DNA of 63,794 nt, counting the filler, from Asterionella formosa (taxonomy: Eukaryota), in NCBI GenBank assembly GCA_002256025.1. It is 15 parts of 15 records of this genome, joined end to end, with 100 filler letters (N's around TTAATTAATTAA, not from the genome) between each part and the next. Parts side by side here need not be neighbours in the genome. Positions count along the whole stretch, not along the records: positions 22,424 to 44,743 come from NKIB01002797.1; 14 more parts are not named here. One strand, 5' to 3'. The notes beneath the pieces were generated by a model. That model searched no databases and was not told the DNA's origin. It saw only the letters and a list, made by a program, of their open reading frames with translations. Shown piece by piece: positions 22,424 to 36,700 of the stretch; the stretch's first letter is position 1; every line of letters starts with the position of its first letter. The translations under genes and the position numbers were made by a program.

Positions 22424-25400
22424 CAACAGTGGTGAGACATACTACTATCATGCTGACACCCAAGAAACTACATGGGAAAAGCCAACCCTGCCACAGGAGG
22501 ATGTTGTAGTCGGTATGCCGGATGCAAGCAATACAGCAATGTCTCCAGAGAGTCGAGATGAGCTGATCGACCTAGTTCATTGTAAAGAACATAATCCTGT
22601 TGAGTGTTCTCTTCCATCGGGGTGGGTGGCTCAGGTAGACCCCAGCAGTGGTCATACTTATTACTATCACGCGGAAAGCCAAGAAACTACTTGGGAAAAG
22701 CCAATCGTGTTCTTGGATGATGTTATTGAAGACATGCCTGATCCAAGCGAATCAACAATGCCATTTGTGAATCAAGATGAAATAAGTTCTTTTAATCTTG
22801 TCACAGGGTCAGAGGTATCCTTGCTAGATCATGGTTTGGGCAAGGAATCTGTTGAGGGGTTGCTTCCATCTGGGTGGGTTGCTCAGGTTGACCCTAGCAG
22901 TGATCAGACTTACTACTATAATGCGGATACCCAAGAAACTACGTGGATGAAGCCTGTCCTGCAGCCAGATGCACTCGCTACAGATACCGTTGCAGGTGAT
23001 GTTTTCATGTTAGCGGGTATTTTGAAAGCAGGCGAATCACACGAATCTTCGTTTGAACGTGTCATGGCCGAAAAGCATGTGGAAGACGATGGTCCGGTGC
23101 TCTCACGCAAAAACTCTATCGACAAGTTGCTTTCACATGAGTTGGTAGCCCCGATTGTCCCCAGTATTGAACAGACCACATGGGAGAAGACGATCCTGCC
23201 TCTGGAGGACGTTGTAGAAGATACAGTTACGACGGGAGATGCACGTGATGATTTAAATTCTGAAAAAGTCACGATTGAATCTGTGGTCCTAATTTCTGAT
23301 AAAGCAGTGCATTCTGTTGACCCAGTTGAAGACTCTATAGGTCCACTGAACCTGTTTGATGCAGGCCTCACAGTTTCTGTGCGGGAATCCTCTACCTTTG
23401 AATCCGGTCTCGATGATGGGTGCGTTGAGGAATCAGTGTCGACGTCAGCTTTGTCAAATCCCAATTATTCCTCTCTTCCAGAAGGTTGGACTGAACACAT
23501 TGATCCCTCCAACGGAATGACATATTTTTACAACACAATATCGGGCGAAACATCATGGGATCGACCCGATCAATTTGAAATGGGTATCCCTGATTTTGGA
23601 GGGAGAGACTTTGAACCAGAGAATGAAGTTAAATTCGATGAAACTGAGCGAGCTCCCGAAGAAGAAGTACACGTCATAGATGATGGGCGAAATAATCCTG
23701 AGGTGACATTGCATCATGACATGGAAAAGGAAATTGACTGGCATTTGGTACAAATGGATGATTCGTCTTGCATTGAATTTAATCAAGCCCAAAACCCAGA
23801 ATCAACTGTCCCCGTAAATGAGGATTCTGATGGTGTGTTAGTGGTTGAATCCGATGCTCTGCCAGTTGGCTGGGTAGAATGTATTGATCCTTCGTCTGGA
23901 AATCCATACTTTTTGAATGGCGAAACCAGTGAAACGACATGGGAAAGGCCTGTGAGAACAAATCGTGTAGCACTAGTGGACTATAAAGCCGTAAAAGAAG
24001 AACCCGAAACCGAGATTAATTCCACTACAGAATTACAGCCGGAGCCCAGAATCTTGAACGTAAATGATCGCACAGGAATTGTCGAACAAAGACACAAAGA
24101 TGCCATTACTTCTGTTCCCGACACTAAACTCCCCTTGGGATGGGTTGAACTTTTTGATGAGACGTCAGGCAAGCCATATTACCTGGACGAATCTACTGCA
24201 GAAACAACATGGGAGCGACCTTCGACACTGAAAGAGCCACATTCAATCATGATAGCAGAGAATACACAACTTGCTGGTGATCGTTTCAATGAGAATACGA
24301 TTTATGAATCTGTGCCCGTTGTTGACTTCAAAGGAACTCAAGTTGAAGGCTTACCTACAGATAGTTTAGTTGATGATAAATTACCAAAACAACATGGGGA
24401 CATAAGGGAAATATCCAAAACGAAAACAGAAGCAATGCCAAGTGTCGAAAATGATTTGCCTGAGTTGCCTTGCGGGTGGGTTGAACTTGTGGATCCATCA
24501 ACCGGTGATGTATACTATTTCAACGAAGCCCAGAACTCGACAATATGGGAACGACCAGTAACGGTGTCTCCTTCGTCAACTGCAGAAAAAGAAAATTTGA
24601 ATAGAAAAGCGAAACGGCCCCTTCACTGCTTTGCCACTTTTGGCTTTGGTGGAAAACTTTGCATTCTCAAGCAAGGCTCGCAAAGAAACGTCCAAATTCA
24701 TTCTATGATGAGACTTGTTCCATTAGATCCATTTGTTGTGTCTGTGTCTGAGAAAGTCAGGATTGGAGGAATTGGCCCTCTGAATGAAATGGATCCCAAA
24801 TTAGTTTCATCGTACATTCAGACGAGAGCATCTGAAAACAACGGAGTTGATTTGCTGTGGAACTTGATACGTGTCGCATCTCACTCCAACGGTCGCCTTC
24901 GAAGCGAAGATGGTGTGAGCAATCCTCATAGCCCGGAGGCAGCTGTATTAGAGATCATACTTTCTGGTTGTGAAACTCAGGATATGGGTACATACTATCC
25001 AATTGCTGGATCCCTGACTGCAGTCGACAGCCTGTTGTTGAAAGGGAAGCGAGTTCAAGCCGTTGATGCAGCTATAGAGGGAAAGAATTTTGCCATGGCC
25101 TTGCTGATTGCCAGTATGTGTGACCGGGATACATTTCAGCGTGTTACGAGAAAGTATGCAGAGGAAACATTAATGAATGGGAGCTCCCTTCACACACTTG
25201 CCATGCTTTTCTCTGGACAGCTTCAACCACCATCCGATAGCGCGCTCGATCGAACTGGTGGATGTGGGGCATTGTGGAATGATTGTGGTGACACGATTTT
25301 GCAAACTTGGAAGCATAACCTTGCTGCAGTCATGAGTAACCGAGTTCTTGGCTGGGATCGCGTTGTTCTCTCCCTTGGGGATCGCTTAATGGAACTTGGT

Positions 25401-27305
25401 GATGTAGAATCAGCTCACTTTTGCTACATGGTATGCGGTTGTCCTGTGACATCGTTGCTTCACCCTTCGTCAAGGATGTCATTGGTTGGATGCGACCACT
25501 TTGTCCCTCTAGATGCATCTTTGATGACCTCTGAAGGAGTCTCTGGGTTTCAACGGACCGAAGCTTATGAATGGACAAAGCGGCAAGGAAATCAAAAAGC
25601 TGTCATTCCCAGCCTTCAGCCATTGAAATTGATTTATGCAATGCGCCTTGCTGACTCGGGATTTACTGAGCTAGCCGCCCAGTATGTCAATAGCATCCGA
25701 AAATCTTCTCAGATTCTTCCACTTTCAACCAATGATCCATTTACAATTCGTGGCGGCCCTTTAACAGCTTGGGCTTGTTCCGAACAATACATCTTTATCA
25801 ATGCATTGACAGAGTTGGAAAACCGATTAATCTTTCAAAAGAATCCTTGTTTTATAGTAGGAAGCATCGGACAAGTGAAACAAGTTGTGTCCGCACCAGT
25901 GTCAGCTCCATTATTGCAAACCATTCAGAACCCACAAGAAGTTGTGAGTCCAATGCAGAGGCGAAAGAGTAAGAAACCCCTGTTAGACAAGTCAAGCACT
26001 TCATCGGGAAAATCTTTGGAAAGGGGAAGTGTAAAGAAGGCAGCATTGGTGCACACATCAGCTGAAAAGCTTACTCAGCCAAAGAGATCTAAGAATGTAT
26101 CTATGCCAAGTCCTCCTGTTGTGGCGACTCAGGCGCATTCCTCGCCTCCCGTGATGTCGGGCTCGATCGATGCACATCAATCAGAATCAGAAGTTCTTCA
26201 GACCCCTGTTTCTCAGCCACTAACTCCTATTGCCGTGCCTCAAATCTCCTTGTCACAATCAGTCCTCTCTACGATGCTTCCTTCGCACGACGAAAGTGAT
26301 ATGAATATGAGTTTCCTTTCGGCTAAATCAAGCATTCTGGACAACTCGCCTGTGTCAAAAATTGCAAATGATTTGACAATTGTATCTACATCTGTTGGTA
26401 CAAACCACAGTTTGTCAAACTCAATATCTTCTTCTGGACAAATCAAACATACCCAGTTTGCAAACACATATTCATCAGGTCAACGAAGTGATTTGACAAT
26501 TGTAGCTACATCAGTTGGTACAAACCACAGTTTGCCAAACACGATATCTTCTACTGGACAAATCAAACATGCCCAGTTTGCAAACACATTTTCATCAGGT
26601 CAACAAATTGTGAAGTCACTGCCTCCGGATAGTGGTTTGAAACCACCCATGGTCATGCCACCAAACTCGGTTCGACTGCCCTTTGCTGAGCCAAAAGAAG
26701 TTGGTACAGAGCATTCAAATGATGCGCCTGCCAGAGCAAAACCAAAGTCTCTTGAGAAGAGCCACATCATGCCATCACCTAAATCAGCCCCTGCCCAATT
26801 GACTAGCACACCCACTTCGGCCCAAAGAAACAGTATCTGGGGAATGGGTCTAAAATCAAGGGTGATCAATTGGCTAAACCCAGATGCAACCACCGCTGAT
26901 ATTGGTGAGTCAATGAAAGCTTACTATGACAAAGAACGAAAGGTATGGGTCTTCCCTGGGGAGGATCCTGAGGAAATAGCAAAGCCTGTTGGACCTCCTC
27001 CAATGGCTATGTCGACTCCAACAAGAGATGTCAGTAGCTCCACACAAAGTGATGACAACTCCTTGGACCCGTTAGCTGCCATGATGGCTCCTCCAAAACG
27101 AGCCCCTTCCTCACTTAATCGACCAATGAGTACTTCTCATCCTGTACCAATGCAAGGAATGATGATGCCTCCTGGAGCCAGTACTCTTAATGTTTCTGCT
27201 TTATCCAAACAAGCAGGAATACAGTCGCCTCCTTTCATGATTTTTACACCAAGCACAGTGAACAAATCAAAGAATGAAGAGAATAATATGGAGGAAAAAA
27301 AGTAG
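22424..27305 (+). CDS. SEC16: Sec16 (COPII ER-exit-site scaffold) with N-terminal WW-domain array; 5' incomplete
   Basis: Six full WW repeats (LPxGW...D..SG..YY...TTWExP) plus a partial one at the contig start. Sec16 core FGFGGKL, LGDRL...AHFCY, RTEAYEW, LQPLKLIYA.RLAD.G; C-terminal YYDKERKVWV. Confidence 0.88.
26369..26604 (+). repeat. In-frame 120-bp (40-aa) tandem duplication inside Sec16
   Basis: DLTIV(S/A)TSVGTNHSL...QFANT(Y/F)SSGQ occurs twice, with units at 26369 and 26489. Confidence 0.9.
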
Positions 27306-27527
27306 TTACACTTTAGTCAAAGAAGAACAAAATTATGTTCATATATTTATAATGCAATTGAAATTGGATCATAAAGTATTGAGCCATGTACCCAAGTATG
27401 TTACCACCAAAAACCTTTACCCTATGCTACCGCTCAAAGTAGTCTTGGGTTAGGGTAATGTTCAACAAGCAAGTATTATAGAGCTTCCTTGCCCATACCA
27501 CTATATAGGTATGATAATGACTTTGTG

Positions 27528-27781
27528 AAGGTTACATTGTCATCATTTTGCCTCATAACGATGACTCAATATTTTAGTTTTTAATGAGGTTTTTTCAATC
27601 TTTCATTTTTCACCCAATTAATACACTATTGTTGACACCAAAGAAATTCATTCCAAGGTTACATTGTCATCATTTTGCCTCATAAGGATGACTCAATATT
27701 TTAGTTTTTAATGAGGTTTTTTCAATCTTTCATTTTTCACCCAATTAATACACTGTTATTGACACCAAAGAAATTCATTCC
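27528..27781. repeat. Tandem duplication, 2 x 127 bp
   Basis: AAGGTTACATTGTCATC...GAAATTCATTCC at 27528 and 27655, near-identical. Confidence 0.95.
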
Positions 27782-28211
27782 ACAATATTATTAGTTCATT
27801 ATTGATTTCTAATCATTTTTTATTATTCAATTATGTGTTTTATTTCTATAATATTTGTTTCTAATGATACTCTATCAATATTTGCTTCGTTTAGTGCCAA
27901 ATACAACAATTATGATTTGTTTGGCTAAAGTAAAAATTCCTTACGATTGTTGCTTGACAGCCTACTGACAATCACTACTTGTTGCTTCTTGTATTTAAGA
28001 CATAAATAGATGTCAGCATCTATATTACATGTATGTGCTTTCTCACATAATTTTTGTTTGTTCATTCTTCCTGCTCATCATTACCAACATCAACGCTTTC
28101 CTCAGCATATCAACCACTGCAGCAGCAGGAGGAGGTAGAACTATAGGGTGGACCATAGCAGCAAGAACATCCAGTGTTGGGCGTCTGTGAATGAAAAACA
28201 TGTTAGGCCAA

Positions 28212-28882
28212 NNNNNNNNNNNNNNNNNNNNNNNNNNNNNNNNNNNNNNNNNNNNNNNNNNNNNNNNNNNNNNNNNNNNNNNNNNNNNNNNNNNNNNNNN
28301 NNNNNNNNNNNNNNNNNNNNNNNNNNNNNNNNNNNNNNNNNNNNNNNNNNNNNNNNNNNNNNNNNNNNNNNNNNNNNNNNNNNNNNNNNNNNNNNNNNNN
28401 NNNNNNNNNNNNNNNNNNNNNNNNNNNNNNNNNNNNNNNNNNNNNNNNNNNNNNNNNNNNNNNNNNNNNNNNNNNNNNNNNNNNNNNNNNNNNNNNNNNN
28501 NNNNNNNNNNNNNNNNNNNNNNNNNNNNNNNNNNNNNNNNNNNNNNNNNNNNNNNNNNNNNNNNNNNNNNNNNNNNNNNNNNNNNNNNNNNNNNNNNNNN
28601 NNNNNNNNNNNNNNNNNNNNNNNNNNNNNNNNNNNNNNNNNNNNNNNNNNNNNNNNNNNNNNNNNNNNNNNNNNNNNNNNNNNNNNNNNNNNNNNNNNNN
28701 NNNNNNNNNNNNNNNNNNNNNNNNNNNNNNNNNNNNNNNNNNNNNNNNNNNNNNNNNNNNNNNNNNNNNNNNNNNNNNNNNNNNNNNNNNNNNNNNNNNN
28801 NNNNNNNNNNNNNNNNNNNNNNNNNNNNNNNNNNNNNNNNNNNNNNNNNNNNNNNNNNNNNNNNNNNNNNNNNNNNNNNNNN
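28212..28882. other. Scaffold gap (run of N, no linker)
   Basis: Continuous Ns. Confidence 0.98.
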
Positions 28883-29089
28883 AATCAATCTACATTATCA
28901 CATTAATAATCTTATTAGAAATTAGAATTCAACATTAGAATCACTTCGGTCTAGTAATTTTGTAGTCCTCAACTTAATTTATTTGATTAGGGTGTGCCAT
29001 TATGAATCTAATTGAGAATAATGATTGTTTCACTAAAATAAAATTTTAAAATAGATTATCGAATGATCCTATCCAATACTAGCTAACTG

Positions 29090-30270
29090 ACTATGTAACA
29101 GTAGCAAAGCTGTCAAATCCAATGCTCCTCCAGCAGGTATTGGTGATAGTATCAATTGACACTCTCTGGCCTATGCCATTTCTACCCATTGTGCGTGCAA
29201 TGTGGTGACTTTGCACCCTGGCATAATCCACATTGGCGACTATGTAGTCTTCCCAGTATCCTCGCATGTACTAGTCCTTGAAGGGCTCATTAACTCCTAC
29301 ATCCAACATTTTGTTCTAGAAGTGTAGTAGCCTGGGAAGATGTAATCAACCTCAGTGCCGCAATTTTTAATTGTATTGACACATTGTCCTTCCTTTTGGA
29401 CAGTAAAATAATTCACGATGAGGTGATAAGTCTTGCCGCCTTTTTCCAAAGAAAACAATGGATGCCAAACTATTTCGATCCATCATAAGAATATGTCTGG
29501 TGTATCAACCCAAGCTTTGGGTTGACAAGCATATTTAATACCAACCAGAATTTTTTTATTGTTGTCTAGTAATCCCAATTGCCTGGCAATAGGTAAGTCC
29601 ATTCTTTGTTCCTGTAAATACAACGAATGGTGGCAATTTCTCGCCGCTCATTTTCACACCTGACAGCACAGTGCAGCAATTCTAATTCCCTGCTGTGGTT
29701 TGAAGCCCGATGGTCCTTTCGCCATGGTTCACCAAAGTTGTTGATCCAAATATGTCAAAATTGATGTTTGTGTCATTTTAATTTACAATGCTTCCAGAAG
29801 GATATTCGAATGTAGCGATTTGATTGTTGACATTGGCAACGAAATCCCCAATCTTTTCCTGATCCAGCCTTGTACTATTTTGGGCAGCATGAGTCACATA
29901 CCTAATGAAAATGTCCTTTGGGAAAGCCAGCACTTGATCCGTTTTTTCAAGTGCACATTTCCGTACCCAGCAGGTTGCCTCTTGAGCTCAACACTACTAA
30001 GCATCCTACTAGTGGTACAGTCCCTATCTTGACACTGCAACTGTTCAAAATGTAACTTCAAGCCTTTAAAGTCCTCAGCAGCAGTTTTTGGAGAGTGGCC
30101 CTGGTGAGCGCTTTTTTTCATCCACACCTGCCCTTGAATCAAACATTCTTCCTGCATGGGAATCTCCGTCATCACAGATGGAACCACAACCATTGCATTG
30201 TCCGGTGGCTTGGACTTCCAGCTCCAGGCAGTTGCTTTGATGTTGTTGGGCTTGCTGTTGCTAATCATAC
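29090..30270 (-). mobile_element. Degenerate pogo-like DDE_1 transposase
   Basis: Minus-strand fragments NDTNINFD, GVKMSGEKLPPFVVF, YACQPKAWVD, IPGYY and LDVGVNEPFKD, with many stops and frameshifts. Confidence 0.75.
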
Positions 30271-30718
30271 TTTGACCATAATCATCAACTTTAAAAAACT
30301 CACATCTTTTGAATTAGGTAGCTTCTTTCCAAATTAAGCAGACCTAATTTAAGCTGCAAGCATCATCTACATTTAGTTGCTAATGTGCTTGATTATAGTT
30401 GTGTGTGAAATTTGACTAAAATATTTTGAGTCGAAACATGGGGTAAATTCTATTATATGACTCCTACCTAGGTCTTAGGTGGTACCGGTACCAGTACTAC
30501 GGACTGTGTATGGTATGTACGTAAGATCAGTTACCGATATACCGGTAGCCTACCGGTAGTATTGTTCTTGTTGTCAGGTGCATGATAAAAAAAAGTTATT
30601 TCCATCCGCTCCCCGTTGTTATACGCGTAGGTAGTTGTGACTGCTGGTTGTTCGAGAGGCAATCATAGTAGTAATAGCACCGGTAGTGCTGCAGCCCACC
30701 TCTTCCTCCATCATAGCC

Positions 30719-33700
30719 ATGTCGGACTCTTCAGCAATAGTAGCAGAAGCAACGATCGAAGTAGAAGCAGAACCATTAATATCAGCGGAAGCCGACGAGG
30801 AAGAAATTCCGATTTCGCTGTCGCAACAGCTCCATTCAGATTTGTCCAAGCTCACTCACGATCCAGCCTTTGTGGACTCGCTGCGTCCCTTCGTGGAGGA
30901 GGTCGACGCGTATATATCGCTATCTGGTGCAGCGCACGTTCAGCTGCCGCCCCTGGATTGGAACAAGCTCTTCCGGAAGGCATATTCCATCTGCCTGTGG
31001 GTCCGGGTTTCCGTGGAAGTAGACCCCGCGCAGACCGCCGCCACACCCACTGCCACACCAACTGCGACTCCCGCTCGCAAGCTCCTGTATCGCTTCAGCA
31101 CACACCCTGAAGATGTGGCGGGAGTGGGGATTTGTGTCACACTTGGGGACTGGCTCTTGCATCCCGACGGAGTGACTGTCTCGACGACCTGTACCGCCTT
31201 CTCGCTCCCGCCCAAACAATCCCTGGCACAGCTCCCGCTCTACCTCAAGGCCAACACGTGGCAGCTGCTGGCCATTTCGCACATATTTCCCTACTTGAAA
31301 AAACCGCAGTGGACCATCTCGGTCGATGGCACGAGCATGGGGGTGGCAGAAGTGCTTTACCCGGTCCTGGACTCTAATGTCATTATGGGATACTGCACTC
31401 TCACAAGCCATTTTACAGAAGGAGGCGTTGCTGTCCTGCAACAGTCAGAAGATGACTCCAATAAGTCCGCTACTGAACTCACTAATACTGGAGTCAAACA
31501 GAAACTCACTATGACTTCATTGGATGTAGCATCCATCGCCATCTACCCAGAAGTGATCCCGACACCCATGTTGGCACTCTTGGCCTCAGCTGGACCACAC
31601 TTATCTCTTCAATCACATGGAACTATTGTCACACTTTTGCCTCCAGTGGATAATTGGACCAAAGGATCTAGTTTACGTGGTGTCAATGTTGGTATACCCC
31701 TTGGTGTCAGTGGCGGGGCTTTGGAATTGCAGCGATTGGCATCCAGACGCATTTTCTATTTTTCCGCCGCCAATGCCAAGACGTTTTTTAACAAAATTAT
31801 TATTCCCATGAAATATTTACCAGGAGAAACAGAATCCACGCCTAAAGTTGGACTCATACAACCTGGTGTTGTAGGACAGAGAGATGACGATGATCCACCT
31901 CTCCTATACATCTTCGGACAAGATGTGGTACTACAGCATTTGCTGAGCAAATACTTGATGCAATGCAAGGGACCAATTGATACACAATTATTGGATGCTT
32001 CTAAACTGGCATCACTAAGCATTCTGGAACAAGGTCTTCTGCCAAGTATGGTGTTACCATTCTTTTTGGCCAATGCTCCTCCAGCAATGGGATTGCAACT
32101 CCAACAGCCACTTTACAAAAAATCATTGAAGATGCTGTATAATTTGTATACCAATGATGGATTATGGGCCAGCAAATTAATTCTGTTACTTTCGACCACC
32201 ATTCGCCATGGTGGTGGACGAGTTCATGAAATGGTACTCCAAACAGGCTTATTGCACGTGTTGGGAAGTACCTTGAGACGGTCTTTATTGCGTGCACAAC
32301 AGCTAAACGTATATGCATATTCGACATTAGACGAATTCTTGGCCAATGTCGTTCCTGATACGCCCTATTGGCGTCCTTCGCATGCCCAAGCATGCCCCAA
32401 AATAATTCCACTGGACATTTTGCCTGCAATGGCTAATCTGATTCAAGTATGTTGTGGTCTGCGAGCAGATCAATCAACACGATGGACATCATTAACATAT
32501 ATTGAACGATCTTCTGACATGGCCATGACGGCCGTCTTTGGACTAGCGTTGAATTTGGACATTTGGGGCAAACAATGCGGTATACTATTGGGTGTGGTTT
32601 GTGAAGCCTATGCAAATGTCCAAGGTGGGCATTTGTTACGACACGAAATACCTATCCAAACCATGATGGATTTGTTACGAACCAGACTCACGATACACGA
32701 AGGTGATGATACGTTGTCGACACATATGGCCAATTTAGTTCAACACATGTTGTTGAGTTCATTGTCGAATCGAACCTATATTGGACAAGCCGAGCGCGAC
32801 ATTGCCTGTTGTATGGGAGTCTTGTCAGATTCACCATTGGGGAGTTTTGGCGGTCATGTTATTTTGTGTTCATTGTTCAATATAATGGATTGGTGCAATC
32901 AGGGCAAGGACAGTGATGAAAAAATGCACATTGCCTCTCGATTGGCACGGAATCTAATCATGAGTCAATATCACGATGTCGTGGCTCCCATGCTCCTGTC
33001 TCGTTCATTTTTTTGTTGCCCAGTAAGTACTACAACAACAACAGCAGGGAGCTGGGAAGCTCATTGGCGAATGGCACTCACTATTTTTGCGTGGGTGTCG
33101 GCCATTGCTGGAGAGGAAGGAATCGTTGCAGCCCAATCGACAGGATCACTTTTGTTGGCGTCAGGTGTGGCGGGGAGTTTGACTTCTTGCGTTGCAGAAG
33201 GTGTTGGTGATTTGTACTTACCGGCACCAACCATGACATTAATGGTTGGCAAACAAGAATCGTGGACATATACTGACCTTTTAAGCGACCGTTTGGCTGT
33301 AATGATGCCCCTCCTTCCTGGGTTGGTAATGAGTCTCTTGTCGTCGCCTACTGATGTTAAGGCCTTGCAGACCCTGAAAGAACTAGTCACGTCCGTGAGT
33401 GGTGCCATGCATAGGGTAACGACGGCCATGACACAATCGACACGACGTTCTCGGAAAATAGTAATTTCCGCTGCTTTGAGCCACGTAATGATGCAGCATG
33501 GTCCATATCTCTTGATTTCGGCAGTGTTATTTGAACACTCTATTCGGCCGAAAAGACTCGATTCTGAATCAGATAAAAATGGCGAGGATCAGCGTAGCGG
33601 GGAGCTCGAGAATCTTAAGGAGTGCCAGAAGGAGATAATCATGGCGCTCACAGATTTGATCGAACAGGCAATGAACGGCGAGGCTTCGTCGACCATATTG

Positions 33701-36700
33701 TGGAGCGTGGTATTATCAACGTTAAAAGAATCGGTCAAATATAGCAAAGCAACAGACAATTTGCAAAAGGCCGAAGATTTTGGCAAGGTTCTGGCCCACG
33801 ACATGCTCTGTCGTATTGTGGGCATCATCCTTACTAAAGCGCAGAAACGCGAGTATGAATGGGAAATGTGGTCCGATGATATGTGCTATGCTATCGCAAG
33901 ACTGGTTGATTTGGTAGAAGAAAAGGATTTATTGCTTATTACAACGGGAGATAAAATTTCAGGCTCGGAGGACAAGTCGTTTTCGGACGACCAGATTACA
34001 CTATTGTGTTCCCTTTTGACTGTCTTGAAATACGGTCGCGACATGACAGGATGGTGCCAATTATTACTTCCTACTCCACCTGAACCCTCGAGCGAATCCA
34101 CCAATAATGAAGAATCCTCTGTATACTTAGACTTTGGTCCACCCCGTGACGATAGCTCGAATTCGGCACGAGTCGACGAAAATGGAATCAGTATGGCGAG
34201 CCTAGATGCCCGCCATCGTTTTGTTCCATCCGAAGCCCCGGGAGCATCCTCAAAGTTGCTGTTGCCTATATTGCAACCTTGTCTTCGAATCGTATTGGCA
34301 TCTCTTGGGAAAGTTCGGTCTGGGACCAATATTACTTTTCCCGACAAGGTGCCTTCTGAAATTTCTCTTCTCTCGCATATATCAGAAGAGTTAAAAGAAA
34401 CACTGACAGCTGCCATTGTGGGTCTTTCGTTTCCAAATGCTCGTGACGTCTCGCTCAACGGTATGGCCTATCTTCGTCGTGCCAACGAGTATCACAAAAA
34501 TGTTCTGGACAAGGAGGCATGCATAGCTTGTTCTAGTCTCTTTGTTGCGTTGGTGGAAGAGATTCGTGTTCGGTATGAAGGCGAACGCCGCAAACGTGAT
34601 CGTGCTCTCTTTGACGCCTACGAAGATGATCAGACAGGAGCTGCGTCAGCTTCACAGGAGGTGGAGCGCTTGCTATTGGGTGACGTTGGGGTGATTCCAG
34701 GAATGCTCGCTCCTCCAAAGGCGAGAAAGGAAGAACGCAAGGAGATGGAAGAGATTGACTTCTCATCAAGTGAATACGACTCAAGAGGGGCTGACATTGA
34801 TACGCCTACGTCAGGAAGTGAAGACTTTGTCATGTTTCACGAAGCGTACACGGCTACTGATAGCAAGGGCTGGGACAATTTATTTCGTTCAAGCGGTGGT
34901 CAAGCGAAGATGGGATGGGATAAGTATAAGGGCCTTGGATCAGCATTGGAGGATTGCTCGTTTTTGATAAAATCTTCCCCTTCCGATGGAAACGCTGTCA
35001 CTTCGGAAGCACAAGCTGATATGTTACTGGCTCTGTTGGGACCATATTTGGATACATGGGACGAAGGTGCCGCCAGGGAAGCAGCCGAAACCGAAATTGT
35101 GAAGCTGTTTGACGACGCAAAGATCTCGGACAAGGTCGACATAGCATCTCGTCAAAATCGTCAAAACGATTCAGCTGCCGAAGCAATGAGCACATATATC
35201 GAGATGTCGTCATCCGAAAAGGCAAGATTGTCTGAGGTAATGAATGTATTCTTGCCCTCCCATCGCTACAGCTGCCAAGCTTACGCCGGACGGTACTGTT
35301 GGTCCAAGTACTTTGAACAGGTCGAACTTGATGATAGTTGCAGTATGGACAGCCTTTGGGAGCGTGGCATATCTGATGGTAATCGGGACATTAGAAGTCG
35401 ACTCATTACAATGCCGTGCAACCCGCAATTCAAGAGGTATTTACCCAAGCATCTTGATCATGGTATAGACGAGCCAGTCACAGGACCACTCCCAGGGGAG
35501 CTCAGTGATTTTGCGATCACTGAACAAAATGACGGCGAGGAAACGGCCGCCCTTTCGAGAGCTACTGTTGAGGAAATCCATAGTGCCCTTATGGGTGCAG
35601 GCAACCTTGCTATTGTTGACATTACTAAGAAAGAAATATCTGAGGATGAACTTCCAGATTTATTGCTGGACGAAGGCATTGATAGTAACGATGACGATGA
35701 AGAGTTTGGCGATGGATCGCTTGGCTTTCCGTCACGAGAAGAAGAATCTGACGAAAGCTCTGGCAAATCCGAGGGAGGGGATACATCTGCTACTGATTCG
35801 TCAACATTCGACGAAGGAATTGACATTGACGACCCATACAATTTGATACCTACGAAAGCTGTGGACAGGCCTCATAGCGGCGCTCACCACAATATCGCGT
35901 CGAGCCTATACGCACATCCACCGGATAATTCCTCTTCTATTTTGAGTTTAATGCATTCAGCAACAGCTGCAAACATGATTGAAAAAGCTGTTGAAAATTG
36001 TCTACACGTGAAGGCTGAAGGTAGCAGAAAATGCACCATGTTACTCAGCTCCACACACCTGATCCTCGAGTATGATGCTGAAGCGGAAGGACTATATGAA
36101 GGAGAGATGATGGCAGTTCGAGAAGAGGCAGATCGCCAAAGACTTGTTGAAGAGGTTGGTGGCATATCAGTGAATCCTGATTCCGCTCAGAAGGAAGGAA
36201 TAGAAGAACAGCTCGAACGCAGGCAGAAAGAGATGGCGGCAGTGCGGCCAAAGTCTATTCGATGGAATCTTTCCGAGCTTTCGCATGTATACCTCCGAAG
36301 GTATAGATTACGAGACTCTGCGGTAGAGATGTTTTTCATTCCCTCGGGTGGAAGCTCCTATGGTGGCTTTGGCCTTTTCTCCCCTGCGACTTCACTTTTC
36401 CTCGATTTCGGTTCAGGAAAAGATGGAAATAAGCGACGAGATCAGGCAGCAAATGCCATCATGAAACGATCGCCTCCACAAACTATTAAACAGTTTCCTG
36501 AAAAGAGCGTACACTTCCTTCACGAGCAGCTGAGTCGACTCACAATGGGATGGGTGGAAGGTCGTATTACGAACTTTGACTATCTCTTGCACCTAAACAT
36601 TTTGGCAGGCAGAAGTTATAATGACTTATGCCAGTATCCAGTAATGCCCTGGGTGTTGAGCAATTATACTTCAGAAGAGATTCCTGATCTCGCAGATCGA

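Noticed and set aside
28043..28925. Long ORFs spanning Ns, and other X-containing ORFs
   Set aside because: Open only because of gap characters. The exception is the 47776-48424 part, which is real sequence.
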